IMG/VR virus record: IMGVR_UViG_3300002098_000029
Coordinates: 1 to 64,000 of that record
Length of the DNA stretch: 64,000 nt
Direction: 5' to 3' (one strand)
Source: an uncultured virus (IMG/VR IMGVR_UViG_3300002098_000029)
Taxonomy: Duplodnaviria; Heunggongvirae; Uroviricota; Caudoviricetes
Both the position numbers and the translations under genes were made by a program. Shown one piece after another: positions 9,002-17,942 of this stretch. Each line of letters opens with the position of its first letter. Position 1 is the first letter of the stretch. The notes under the pieces are model-generated. The model saw nothing but the letters and a program-made list of their open reading frames with translations, made no database searches and was not told the DNA's origin.

Positions 9002-9803
9002 AAAAATTGAAATCTTAGAAGAAAGTCCTAGTATAATTATATCCACTTGGCAGTCATTATATAAAATGCCAAAAGAATATTTTGAACAGTTTGACTATGT
9101 GATTGGTGATGAAGCTCATTTATTCAAAGCACAATCACTTACCACAATTCTCACCTCTTGTATCAATGCCAAATACCGTATTGGTCTTACTGGCACGCTC
9201 GATGGCACCAAAACACACAAACTCGTATTAGAAGGTTTATTTGGTCCAGTTAAAAAGGTAATTACTACAAGAGAGTTAATCGACAAAGATCAGGTATCAA
9301 ACTTTGAAATTAAATGTTTGGTGTTAAAGCATTCGGATGAAATCTGTTTGAGAATGAAAGACAGCACCTATCCAGAAGAAATTCAATACCTGATTGCAAA
9401 TGAGGCAAGAAATAAATTCATTAAGAATCTTGCAGTTAGCTTAGGAAAAAACACTTTGGTACTATATCAAATGGTTGACAAACATGGCAAAATACTGTAT
9501 GATATGATTAAGAACACCGAGAAAATTGGTGAAAGAAAAGTGTTCTTTGTCCACGGAGGAACGGACACCGTAGATAGAGAAGAAATTAGAAGAATTATGG
9601 AATTTTGTAAAGAAGATACTATATTTTTAGATTTCGATGATTATGAAATAATACTCGATCCAAATGAACCTATAGATTTGGTTAATAAATTACAAAAAAA
9701 AGCTAGAGATATTACAGAAAATGATGATATTGATACCAGTATTCTTATAAATAATATACAGACATCAATATTAAAAGGTTATGTATGGAAAAAGAAAAGT
9801 TAA
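8991..9803 (+). CDS. uvsW: UvsW helicase fragment 2 (motifs Ib-IV) with intein-like head and tail
   Basis: ATG 8991 overlapping endonuclease stop; ISTWQS, GDEAH, GLTGT, FFVHGGT. Confidence 0.88.
   Translation: MKIEKIEILEESPSIIISTWQSLYKMPKEYFEQFDYVIGDEAHLFKAQSLTTILTSCINAKYRIGLTGTLDGTKTHKLVLEGLFGPVKKVITTRELIDKDQVSNFEIKCLVLKHSDEICLRMKDSTYPEEIQYLIANEARNKFIKNLAVSLGKNTLVLYQMVDKHGKILYDMIKNTEKIGERKVFFVHGGTDTVDREEIRRIMEFCKEDTIFLDFDDYEIILDPNEPIDLVNKLQKKARDITENDDIDTSILINNIQTSILKGYVWKKKS
9746..9753 (+). promoter_or_regulatory. Late promoter for HNH endonuclease
   Basis: TATAAATA 31 nt upstream of ATG 9785. Confidence 0.7.
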
Positions 9804-10663
9804 TGCAAATATTCCAGCTAAAATTAGGTAAGCCGGATAATGAAGAAAAATTACTGGAATATATCGTTTTTTGTTTAAATAAACATAACGATTACGAAGA
9901 TTACCACGAAAAACATCATATATTACCTAGAGCTGTTTTTCCTGAACACATAAAAGATGATTGGAACATATCATGTCTATCTTACGAGAATCATGTTTTA
10001 GGTCATTTTTTGTTGGCAGAAGCCTATTTAAATAGAAAATTATCTAGGACATTAAATTTTTTAAAAAATAAAACAGAAGATGAAGTTATAAAATTAAAAA
10101 AAATATTATCAGAAACCACCAAAAAATGGTGGAAAGAATTGACAGAAGAAGAATATGATGCTAGATGTTTAATGTATAGTGTAAGAATGAAAAAAATGAT
10201 GCAGAGCGGTTCAGAATTTCATAAAAAAGTGTGTGATGGTATAAATGAATATTATAAAAACAATCCACACAGAAAAGAAGAGCTAAAAAATTTCTTTAAA
10301 GATTTATGGAAAAATAAAACAAAAGAAGAATATGATGAATGGTGTTTAAATATGAAATGGGATGAAGAAAGAAGAACACAACACAAAAAATATATGGAAG
10401 AAAGATATCAAGATCCAAATTTTAAAGAATCATTTGATAAAAAAATGAAAGAAGTAAATAGTGATTTTAATAAAAGAAAAGATGCTAGTGTTAAATTAAA
10501 AGAAAAATGGAAAGATCCAGATTTCATTAATAAGATGAATAAAAGGAAACCGAGAAGTTCGGATGGTTCAAAATTGAAAGAAAAATGGAAAGATCCTGTT
10601 TGGAGAGCATATATGTTAAATCAAAGAAAAATCAAAGGAAAATTGAAAAATGAAACCAAATAA
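9785..10663 (+). CDS. HNH homing endonuclease inside uvsW
   Basis: EKHHILP...NISCLSYENHVLGHFLL; C-terminal repeats KLKEKWKDP x2. Confidence 0.85.
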   Translation: MEKEKLMQIFQLKLGKPDNEEKLLEYIVFCLNKHNDYEDYHEKHHILPRAVFPEHIKDDWNISCLSYENHVLGHFLLAEAYLNRKLSRTLNFLKNKTEDEVIKLKKILSETTKKWWKELTEEEYDARCLMYSVRMKKMMQSGSEFHKKVCDGINEYYKNNPHRKEELKNFFKDLWKNKTKEEYDEWCLNMKWDEERRTQHKKYMEERYQDPNFKESFDKKMKEVNSDFNKRKDASVKLKEKWKDPDFINKMNKRKPRSSDGSKLKEKWKDPVWRAYMLNQRKIKGKLKNETK

Positions 10664-10983
10664 AGTTAGTAAAGGGGGGAATGGAGCTATTATTGTTGCT
10701 TCGTTCGGTACATTTCTCCACCGGAATTAATATTAGAAACTTGCATAATATTATATTTGCTATGCCTACAAAATCAAGCATTCGAACTTTGCAAAGTATT
10801 GGTAGGGGGTTACGACAATCTGAAGGTAAAGAAATAGCCACTTTGTATGATATTGCCGATGATATGCGGTATAAGAAACATATCAACTTTACCTTGCGGC
10901 ATTTTGTGGAAAGAACCCGTATATATAATGAAGAGCAGTTTCCATTCAAGATGTATAAAATAGGACTAAAAAATGAATCTTAA
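10650..10983 (+). CDS. uvsW: UvsW helicase fragment 3 (motifs V-VI), with a 1-nt frameshift near 10713-10715
   Basis: ATG 10650 reads MKPNKVSKGGNGAIIVASFGTF; after one extra T the next frame reads STGINIRNLHN...QSIGRGLR. Confidence 0.82.
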
Positions 10984-11356
10984 TATTAAAATAGTCAGAT
11001 TACAGAATGGTGAAGATATTATGGGTAATGTTACTTCCCTTGATGTTGGTAAATTTAATGTTTCTGAACCTATGTCGGTTGGATTAGAATACCGTAATAA
11101 AGAAGCAGGACTAATAATGAATCATTGGTTGCCAGTACAACTTCTTAAAAAGAATGAAATCACCATAGAACAAAAAGATATTCTTGGAGTTTTGGAACCT
11201 AGTGAAGAATTCTGTGAATATTATTTAAATACTGTGGAAAAGATTAAAGAATTGCTTATTGCCAAGAACCTTGTGAATGATCTCGAAGAAGGTGAGATTG
11301 ATGAAATAATGGAAGCTTATGAAGATTTTAAAACTCATGGAGATACATTACATTAG
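10973..11356 (+). CDS. Conserved T4-like hypothetical (Sm-like fold likely)
   Basis: IKIVRLQNGEDIMG start; usual position between uvsW and gp55. Confidence 0.7.
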   Translation: MNLNIKIVRLQNGEDIMGNVTSLDVGKFNVSEPMSVGLEYRNKEAGLIMNHWLPVQLLKKNEITIEQKDILGVLEPSEEFCEYYLNTVEKIKELLIAKNLVNDLEEGEIDEIMEAYEDFKTHGDTLH

Positions 11357-11459
11357 GATTGGTTATATCGTTTCAAACCGGGACATAGAGAATAATATAC
11401 TCTTGTCAAGCGAAAGTCAAGCATTACTGTGGTAAATATAATAATATGAAAGAAATAAA

Positions 11460-12026
11460 ATGACAATACCAGTACCAGCAGCACCCGTACCTAAGAAAAA
11501 ACCCAAACAGTATGTAAATAATGCCGACTTTCTTAAAGCACTAATGGATTATAAAGAAGGTTGTAAACTTGCCACAAAGAATAAAACAGAACCTCCTCCT
11601 ATTCCTAATTATATTGGAGAATGTTTTATGAAGATAGCAGAAGGCCTATCACACAAACCTAACTTCATTAACTATACTTACCGTGATGAAATGATGTCTG
11701 ATGGTATTGAGAACTGCTTGATGTACTTCAATAATTTCAATCCAGAAAAATCCAAGAACCCATTTGCCTACTTTACCCAAATCATTTATTATGCCTTTTT
11801 ACGGAGAATCCAAAAGGAAAAGAAACAAACCTATGTAAAATACAAAGCTACCGAACAGATGGGTATTTTAGATGAGTTTGAAATGTTAGAGTTGGAAGAT
11901 GGTACCTCAATGCAATTTCAATTATATGATAATATTGCCGAGTTTATTGAGACCTATGAAACGGCAAAAGAGAATAAAAAAGCGGTAAAGAAGCCAAAAG
12001 GGATTGAAAAGTTCTTAGGAGAGTGA
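11460..12026 (+). CDS. gp55: Late-transcription sigma factor
   Basis: YVNNADFL, YIGECFMKIAEGLS, NPFAYFTQI. Confidence 0.96.
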   Translation: MTIPVPAAPVPKKKPKQYVNNADFLKALMDYKEGCKLATKNKTEPPPIPNYIGECFMKIAEGLSHKPNFINYTYRDEMMSDGIENCLMYFNNFNPEKSKNPFAYFTQIIYYAFLRRIQKEKKQTYVKYKATEQMGILDEFEMLELEDGTSMQFQLYDNIAEFIETYETAKENKKAVKKPKGIEKFLGE

Positions 12027-12030
12027 TATA

Positions 12031-12186
12031 ATGTATAAAGTTAAATATTATATTCAAAGTACTGCAATACGATTTAAATCTTTTGAAACCTTAACTGAAG
12101 CGACTGTATTTGCCAACAAACAACCTATTGAGTCAATAATTGAGATAATAATTTATAATGACAATAGTAAAAAGATGGCACAATGA
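12031..12186 (+). CDS. Small hypothetical protein (51 aa, not in ORF track)
   Basis: Read manually: MYKVKYYIQSTAIRFKSFETLTEATVFANKQPIESIIEII...; fills the gp55-gp47 gap. Confidence 0.55.
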   Translation: MYKVKYYIQSTAIRFKSFETLTEATVFANKQPIESIIEIIIYNDNSKKMAQ

Positions 12187-12213
12187 AAATTGTAAATTGA
12201 AATAAGGTATATT

Positions 12214-13296
12214 ATGAAAGTTTGTATTTTAGGTGACACACATTTTGGAATGAGAAATGACTCTATTTCTTTTTTGGATTATGGTGAAAAGTTTTATAAA
12301 GAAACTTTTTTTTCTTATTTGATTAAAAATAACATTAAAACCATCATTCAGGTTGGTGATTTTTTTGACCGTAGAAAGTATATTAATTTTTATACATTAA
12401 AAAGAACAAAAGAAATGTTCTTAAATAAATTGGTTGAGTATAATATTAATATGATCGTTTTAGCAGGAAACCATGATACTTACCATAAAAATACCAATCA
12501 AGTAAATTCACTCGACCTATTATTACGAGAATATGATAATATTACAGTTATTGATACCCCTCAAACTATACACTTAAACTATGATGATGTTGTTTCTGAT
12601 GTTTGTATTATTCCTTGGATTTGCGCAGACAACTACCAAAATTGTTTGTCCGAAATTAAAAATACTTCATCGGACATTTGTATAGGACACTTTGAGATTG
12701 CTGGATTTGCCATGCACCGAGGTATGCCAAACTATGAGGGATTAGACCGAAATATATTCAATAAGTTTGATACTGTATTTTCTGGTCATTACCACCACCG
12801 TTCACGTCAAGATAATATTGTTTATGTTGGAACACCAATGGAAATGACTTGGCAAGATTATAATGATCCTCGAGGTTTCCATATTTTCGACTTGGTTAAT
12901 AGAACCCTAAAATTTATTGAGAACCCAAATGTAATGTTCCATCGTATTACATATGATGACAAAGAAGAATCTATTACCGAAATTAATAACAAAGAATTGG
13001 CCAAGTTTGCCGGAACTTATGTTAAAGTTGTGGTATTAAACAAAACTAATCCCTATCTGTTTGATAAGTTTATGACAAAGTTATATGAAGTAAATCCAAT
13101 CGATGTTACCATTGCCGAGGACTTCACAGATTTTGATGTTGATTCTGATGAAGATTTGGTCAACCAAGCCGAGGACACCTTAACCATTATCAACAAATTT
13201 GTAGATGGTATTAAAGAAGAACACATTGATAATAATAAACTTAAAACAGTTTTGCGAGAACTTTATGTGGAAGCATTAAATTCTACAGATACCTAA
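12214..13296 (+). CDS. gp47: Recombination nuclease, Mre11/SbcD-like
   Basis: [23 protein letters not shown]. Confidence 0.95.
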   Translation: MKVCILGDTHFGMRNDSISFLDYGEKFYKETFFSYLIKNNIKTIIQVGDFFDRRKYINFYTLKRTKEMFLNKLVEYNINMIVLAGNHDTYHKNTNQVNSLDLLLREYDNITVIDTPQTIHLNYDDVVSDVCIIPWICADNYQNCLSEIKNTSSDICIGHFEIAGFAMHRGMPNYEGLDRNIFNKFDTVFSGHYHHRSRQDNIVYVGTPMEMTWQDYNDPRGFHIFDLVNRTLKFIENPNVMFHRITYDDKEESITEINNKELAKFAGTYVKVVVLNKTNPYLFDKFMTKLYEVNPIDVTIAEDFTDFDVDSDEDLVNQAEDTLTIINKFVDGIKEEHIDNNKLKTVLRELYVEALNSTDT

Positions 13297-13867
13297 AGAA
13301 GTTTTGAACGCTCATTTCTTTTTTATCGATAATTCGACACACCATAGTTTTCGGTTTACCTTTAAGTTTTTGAGAACGTTTCAATTTGGACTCAATACTA
13401 TGCTTTCTACCTAATTGACCATTTCTCATATTAATTAATGTTTGTTCATCTGGTTTAGGTCGGTTTAATTGCCACAATCTATTTTTTTCATTTGATTCAA
13501 AAGATTGTTTTTTGCCGTACATTGGATTACCTGAACCGATTCTTTGTTTAGACCATAGTTTTCTGGTCTCATCTTTAATTATAGGAGAATTATTACCATC
13601 ACCGCCATCCGTTTTATTGAGTAAGATTCCAGTACCTAAATCTTTTCTGCCATACCATCTAATCATTCTTCTTTCTAAAGCTAATGCACCAATGTTGGTT
13701 AAATTTTTTTCAAGAAAAACAATTTTAGATTTATCTTTTGGTACGGATATCCTACTGTGTTTTTTATATGCTCGGTTATCTTTACCTTTGCCAATATAAT
13801 AAGGTAAGTTTGTTTTTTTATTGATGTAGGCATAAACATAATAAATGCCGGAATATATACTTGACAT
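13283..13867 (-). CDS. GIY-YIG homing endonuclease with NUMOD3-like motifs
   Basis: YYVYAY...[30 protein letters not shown]. Confidence 0.88.
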   Translation of the reverse strand: MSSIYSGIYYVYAYINKKTNLPYYIGKGKDNRAYKKHSRISVPKDKSKIVFLEKNLTNIGALALERRMIRWYGRKDLGTGILLNKTDGGDGNNSPIIKDETRKLWSKQRIGSGNPMYGKKQSFESNEKNRLWQLNRPKPDEQTLINMRNGQLGRKHSIESKLKRSQKLKGKPKTMVCRIIDKKEMSVQNFFRYL

Positions 13868-13890
13868 GAGCTGTGTCCTTGTGTTATANT
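13861..13890 (+). promoter_or_regulatory. sigma70-like promoter facing gp46, overlapping the endonuclease start codon
   Basis: TTGACA-18 nt-TATANT with TG extension. Confidence 0.55.
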
Positions 13891-13938
13891 AGATGACATA
13901 GAGTNGGTGGATGCTAGTAACATCGTGACCTACACCTT

Positions 13939-13946
13939 TATTTATA
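13939..13946 (-). promoter_or_regulatory. Late promoter for minus-strand endonuclease
   Basis: TATTTATA on + = TATAAATA on -. Confidence 0.7.
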
Positions 13947-13975
13947 CTGATTGAAGCTTTTAATATAGAAATTTA

Positions 13976-15691
13976 ATGATTATTTTCAAAACTATCCGAT
14001 GGAAAAACATATTATCTACGGGTAACAGTTTTACTGAAATCCGATTAAACAAATCTCCCAATACACTTATTGTTGGCAATAATGGCGCCGGCAAATCTAC
14101 TTTATTGGATGCTATTTGTTTTGGGTTGTTTGGTAAGCCGTTTAGAAAAATAAACAAACCTAATCTTTTAAACAGTATCAATAACCAAAACGGCATCGTG
14201 GAGATTGAGTTTCTTATTGGTAAAAAACAATATAAGGTGATTCGTGGTATTAAACCTAATATCTTTGAAGTGTATTGTGATGACAAATTGGCTGACCAAG
14301 ATGCTAAAGCAAAAGATTATCAGGAACATCTTGAAAAGTTTATTCTCAAATTAAATTTTAAATCCTTTACTCAAGTGGTCATTTTGGGATCTGCATCATT
14401 TGTTCCATTTATGCAACTATCTCCTGCGGATAGGAGAGCCATCATTGAGGATTTATTAGATATTCAAATTTTCTCCTCCATGAATGGTGTGGTCAAAGAA
14501 AAGATGGCCGCCATTAAAGATGGTGTTACCAAAACAAAATACGAAATGGAATTAACTTCTGAAAGAATTAATTTCCAAAAACAAAGTATTGAGGACCACA
14601 AAAATCGTAATGATGTGGAAATTGAAAAGAAAAAGAAAGAAATTACCACAAGTATAGACCAAACATTTACATTACAAAGAGATATTGAGTTAATTCAAAA
14701 ACACATTAATGTTCTTCAGAAAAAAATTGAAGATAAAATTTCTGTAGAAAAGAAAAGTAAGAAGTTGTTACAGTTAGAATCCAAAATTGAAACTAACATT
14801 AAGAAAAATGAAAAAGACATTGCTTTCTATGAAGAACACGACAACTGCCCAACCTGTAAACAACCAATCGATGGAGAGTTCAAACAAGACCAAGTCACAG
14901 AAAGAAAATCCAAAGTCAACACTCAACGGGAAGGCCTTACGGAAATTGCAACACAGATTGCTCAAGCAAACCAAAGAATAGAAGAAATACAGAATATCAA
15001 TAAACACATCAACGGACACAATAACGAAATTGTTAAACACAATTCAACCATTTCTGCCGTTAACAAATACATTAGTAAACTTCAAAATGAGATTGAAGAA
15101 TTAGCCAATCGTAAAGATAATCTTGAAGATGAAAATGCCAAACTAAAAGAATTAAAAGACCAGTTAACGGAGTTATTAACAAAACAAGAAGAACTATCAA
15201 CAGAAAAACAATATTTGGAGTTTGCTGGTTCTTTATTGAAAGATACTGGTATTAAAACTAAGATTATCCGTCAATACTTACCTATTATGAATAAGTTAAT
15301 CAATAAGTATTTGACTGCCATGGACTTCTTTGTGAATTTTAATATCAATGAGAACTTTGAAGAAACGATTAAATCAAGGCACCGTGATGAATTTGGTTAT
15401 GCTAATTTCTCAGAAGGTGAGAAGATGCGTATTGATTTGGCACTTTTAATGACTTGGCGTCAGGTTGCTAAGTTAAAGAACTCAACAAACACCAATTTGT
15501 TGATTTTGGATGAAGTATTTGATTCATCATTGGATGGTGTTGGTACTGAGGAATTTTTGAAACTGATTCATGAAATGGGATCTGACACAAATATCTTTGT
15601 TATCTCACATAAAGGTGACCAGTTATTTGATAAATTCAGGAGCATAATTAAATTTGAGAAGTATAACAATTTTAGTAGGATAGCAAAATGA
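13976..15691 (+). CDS. gp46: Recombination ATPase, Rad50/SbcC-like
   Basis: GNNGAGKS, CPTC hook, FSEGEK, LILDEVFD. Confidence 0.96.
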   Translation: MIIFKTIRWKNILSTGNSFTEIRLNKSPNTLIVGNNGAGKSTLLDAICFGLFGKPFRKINKPNLLNSINNQNGIVEIEFLIGKKQYKVIRGIKPNIFEVYCDDKLADQDAKAKDYQEHLEKFILKLNFKSFTQVVILGSASFVPFMQLSPADRRAIIEDLLDIQIFSSMNGVVKEKMAAIKDGVTKTKYEMELTSERINFQKQSIEDHKNRNDVEIEKKKKEITTSIDQTFTLQRDIELIQKHINVLQKKIEDKISVEKKSKKLLQLESKIETNIKKNEKDIAFYEEHDNCPTCKQPIDGEFKQDQVTERKSKVNTQREGLTEIATQIAQANQRIEEIQNINKHINGHNNEIVKHNSTISAVNKYISKLQNEIEELANRKDNLEDENAKLKELKDQLTELLTKQEELSTEKQYLEFAGSLLKDTGIKTKIIRQYLPIMNKLINKYLTAMDFFVNFNINENFEETIKSRHRDEFGYANFSEGEKMRIDLALLMTWRQVAKLKNSTNTNLLILDEVFDSSLDGVGTEEFLKLIHEMGSDTNIFVISHKGDQLFDKFRSIIKFEKYNNFSRIAK

Positions 15692-16263
15692 GTGATTTGA
15701 TTACATTTAATACAGAAGATGCCTTACAACCAAAAGGAATAGTTCCACAACAAGTACCCATTTTTAATTTGGTATCAGAAGAACATTCAATCCTAAGAGA
15801 AGTAATGCCTGAATTTGATTTTGATAAACCACCGGTAAATCCAAACCAGTTTGCTTCTTCCTTGGTAGAGACCTGTAAGATGCATCACGGATATGGACTA
15901 TCTGCAAATCAATGTGGATTCAAATATCGTGTGTTCGTAATGGGTGCTGAAGATAGCTATGTGGCATTCTTTAATCCTAGTATTGTACTAAAATCGAAAG
16001 CAGAAGTGCATATGGTAGAAGGTTGCCTTTCATTTCCATTTTTAGGATTAAGAATTACACGACCAGAAGAAATTTCGGTAACATACCAAGATTTTAACGG
16101 AGAGTGGAAACAAACCACACTTATTGGTATATCTGCTCGAGCATTTCAACATGAGCTTGATCATTTGAATGGAATAGTGTATACTAGTCGTTGTAAGCCA
16201 GTAGCATTACAATCTGGCATAAAGAAACGCAACAAAATTATGAAGAATTTGAGAATACGTTAA
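15688..16263 (+). CDS. def: Peptide deformylase
   Basis: GLSANQ, EGCLS, QHELDH. Confidence 0.94.
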   Translation: MSDLITFNTEDALQPKGIVPQQVPIFNLVSEEHSILREVMPEFDFDKPPVNPNQFASSLVETCKMHHGYGLSANQCGFKYRVFVMGAEDSYVAFFNPSIVLKSKAEVHMVEGCLSFPFLGLRITRPEEISVTYQDFNGEWKQTTLIGISARAFQHELDHLNGIVYTSRCKPVALQSGIKKRNKIMKNLRIR

Positions 16264-17528
16264 TGGCAACACCTCCAGAATTTGTAGAAAAACAATGGTT
16301 GGAATGGAAAGAATCCAATCCTACAGAGAAGTTCAAACACATCGATAAAGAAGAACTTACCGAAATTGTTATCAAAGATTTAACTTATGCTTCACAAATG
16401 GATGTCCGTGAATATACTTTATACCAAAAATGGTGTGAAGTAAAAGAACGATATCCTGTGGAAGAAGTTTCGACTTTGTTTGGTCCTGAAATTCAAATGG
16501 TTTCTCCAGAACAAAAGAAATTGGTTGATAAGGTCAAGGCAAACTTTTGGATGCCAACTGAACCTGATGATTACCTAAAATTAAAACCAGTAATGAAGTT
16601 ACACAATGGTGAGTTAGCCGAAACATGGAATGCCATTCGTACATTTACTTCTACAATGAAGAATAACAGTAACATTGGTCGTAATTTATTCTATACAGTA
16701 GAAGATGAAGTTACCGGTAAATATCTTGGAGTTATCTGTATCTCCTCAGACTTCTTAGACTTGACTCCAAGAGATAAGGCGATTGGATGGGCTAGAGATG
16801 TTAAGACACAACAAGGAATGATTAATCACACCGCAATCGGTTCTACAATCGTTCCATTACAACCACTTGGTTGGAACTACACAGGTGGAAAGTTGTTAGC
16901 CTTATTATGTTTATCTGATACAGTTCAAAAAGATTGGAAAGAAAGATATGGTGATGTTCTTGTTGGTGTAACCACAACTTCTCTTTATGGTAAAACTAAA
17001 GTTGGTGGACTATCACAATATGATGGACTAGAACATTGGAATGCCATGGGTTTCTCCTCAGGTTCTGTGGCATTTGAACCATCGAGAGCAACTAAGTCAA
17101 TGTTGTTCGATTGGATTAAAGAAACTGAACCTCGTAAATATTTTGAATGGTGGGCAGCTAAGAATCAACAAGGACTTCCACTTAAGCGAGATCACAAGAA
17201 TCGTTCATTGAATTTTGCTTATCCAAAACTTGGTATACCAAAACAATTGATTCGTACCGAACACCAACGAGGTATTTACTTTGCACCACTTTATAATAAC
17301 ACCAACGAATATCTCCGTAAAGAAATTACGGATGCAGATTTGGTAAAATCATTCGATACTTCGGAAGAAGCATTATCCGAAATATGGAAAACAAAATATG
17401 CAAAAGGCCGTATTCGGCAATTACAAAAGAAGAATACCGTTTCCTACGAAACTCTTTTCTATGACGATTTGATTTATTTGTCATGGAAAGATACCAAAGC
17501 GAAATATTTACCACAAGTTGGGAGATAA
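16263..17528 (+). CDS. DUF4338/DruA-like protein
   Basis: GSTIVPLQPLGWNYTGGKLLALLC, TTTSLYG, SQYDG. Confidence 0.65.
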   Translation: MATPPEFVEKQWLEWKESNPTEKFKHIDKEELTEIVIKDLTYASQMDVREYTLYQKWCEVKERYPVEEVSTLFGPEIQMVSPEQKKLVDKVKANFWMPTEPDDYLKLKPVMKLHNGELAETWNAIRTFTSTMKNNSNIGRNLFYTVEDEVTGKYLGVICISSDFLDLTPRDKAIGWARDVKTQQGMINHTAIGSTIVPLQPLGWNYTGGKLLALLCLSDTVQKDWKERYGDVLVGVTTTSLYGKTKVGGLSQYDGLEHWNAMGFSSGSVAFEPSRATKSMLFDWIKETEPRKYFEWWAAKNQQGLPLKRDHKNRSLNFAYPKLGIPKQLIRTEHQRGIYFAPLYNNTNEYLRKEITDADLVKSFDTSEEALSEIWKTKYAKGRIRQLQKKNTVSYETLFYDDLIYLSWKDTKAKYLPQVGR

Positions 17529-17532
17529 ACGC

Positions 17533-17562
17533 TTGACAAAGCACATATATAAATGATATACT
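17533..17562 (+). promoter_or_regulatory. sigma70-like early promoter
   Basis: TTGACA-18 nt-TATACT with TG extension. Confidence 0.7.
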
Positions 17563-17614
17563 ATGTGAACTTGCTTAAGGCAAGGATTTATTTAACTTAC
17601 TATGGAGTATTACA

Positions 17615-17878
17615 ATGAAATTATCCGCTAAAGAAAAGATGTTGGCCGCTTTGAAACAAACCTCTGGTTACAACACTTTCACAACCAAACAAGCACAACG
17701 CCGTTTCGGCATTACCAATGTTTCTGCTCGTATTGACGAACTGCGCCAAGAAGGCAACGTTATCTATACGAACACCAAAATTGTTGATGGTCAGAAAGTT
17801 TCTTTCTACCGTTTAGGCACACCAAGCAAAGGCTTGGTTAAAGCTGCTTTAAAATCTGGTTATTCCTTTACTGCTTAA
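17615..17878 (+). CDS. Small winged-helix DNA-binding protein
   Basis: NVSARIDELRQEG...YRLGTP; GGAG SD; own promoter and terminator. Confidence 0.7.
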   Translation: MKLSAKEKMLAALKQTSGYNTFTTKQAQRRFGITNVSARIDELRQEGNVIYTNTKIVDGQKVSFYRLGTPSKGLVKAALKSGYSFTA

Positions 17879-17892
17879 TCAGTAGTTGAAGT

Positions 17893-17925
17893 GGGGTTTC
17901 ACCGAAAGGTGATTCCCCTTTTTTT
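17893..17925 (+). terminator. Intrinsic terminator
   Basis: GGGG..TCACC-GAAA-GGTGA..CCCC + T run. Confidence 0.85.
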
Positions 17926-17942
17926 ATATCCTTGGAGCTCAA

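Noticed and set aside
8078..9023. Functional trans-splicing split intein in uvsW
   Set aside because: No N-terminal Cys/Ser block A at junction 1, no TxxH, no terminal HN followed by C/S/T; junction 2 has a Cys (FCKEDT) but the partner reads GGN-G with no +1 nucleophile
8204..10680. Group I introns explaining the uvsW interruptions
   Set aside because: Non-coding space around the endonuclease genes is under 40 nt and no catalytic core is recognisable; not formally excluded without RT-PCR
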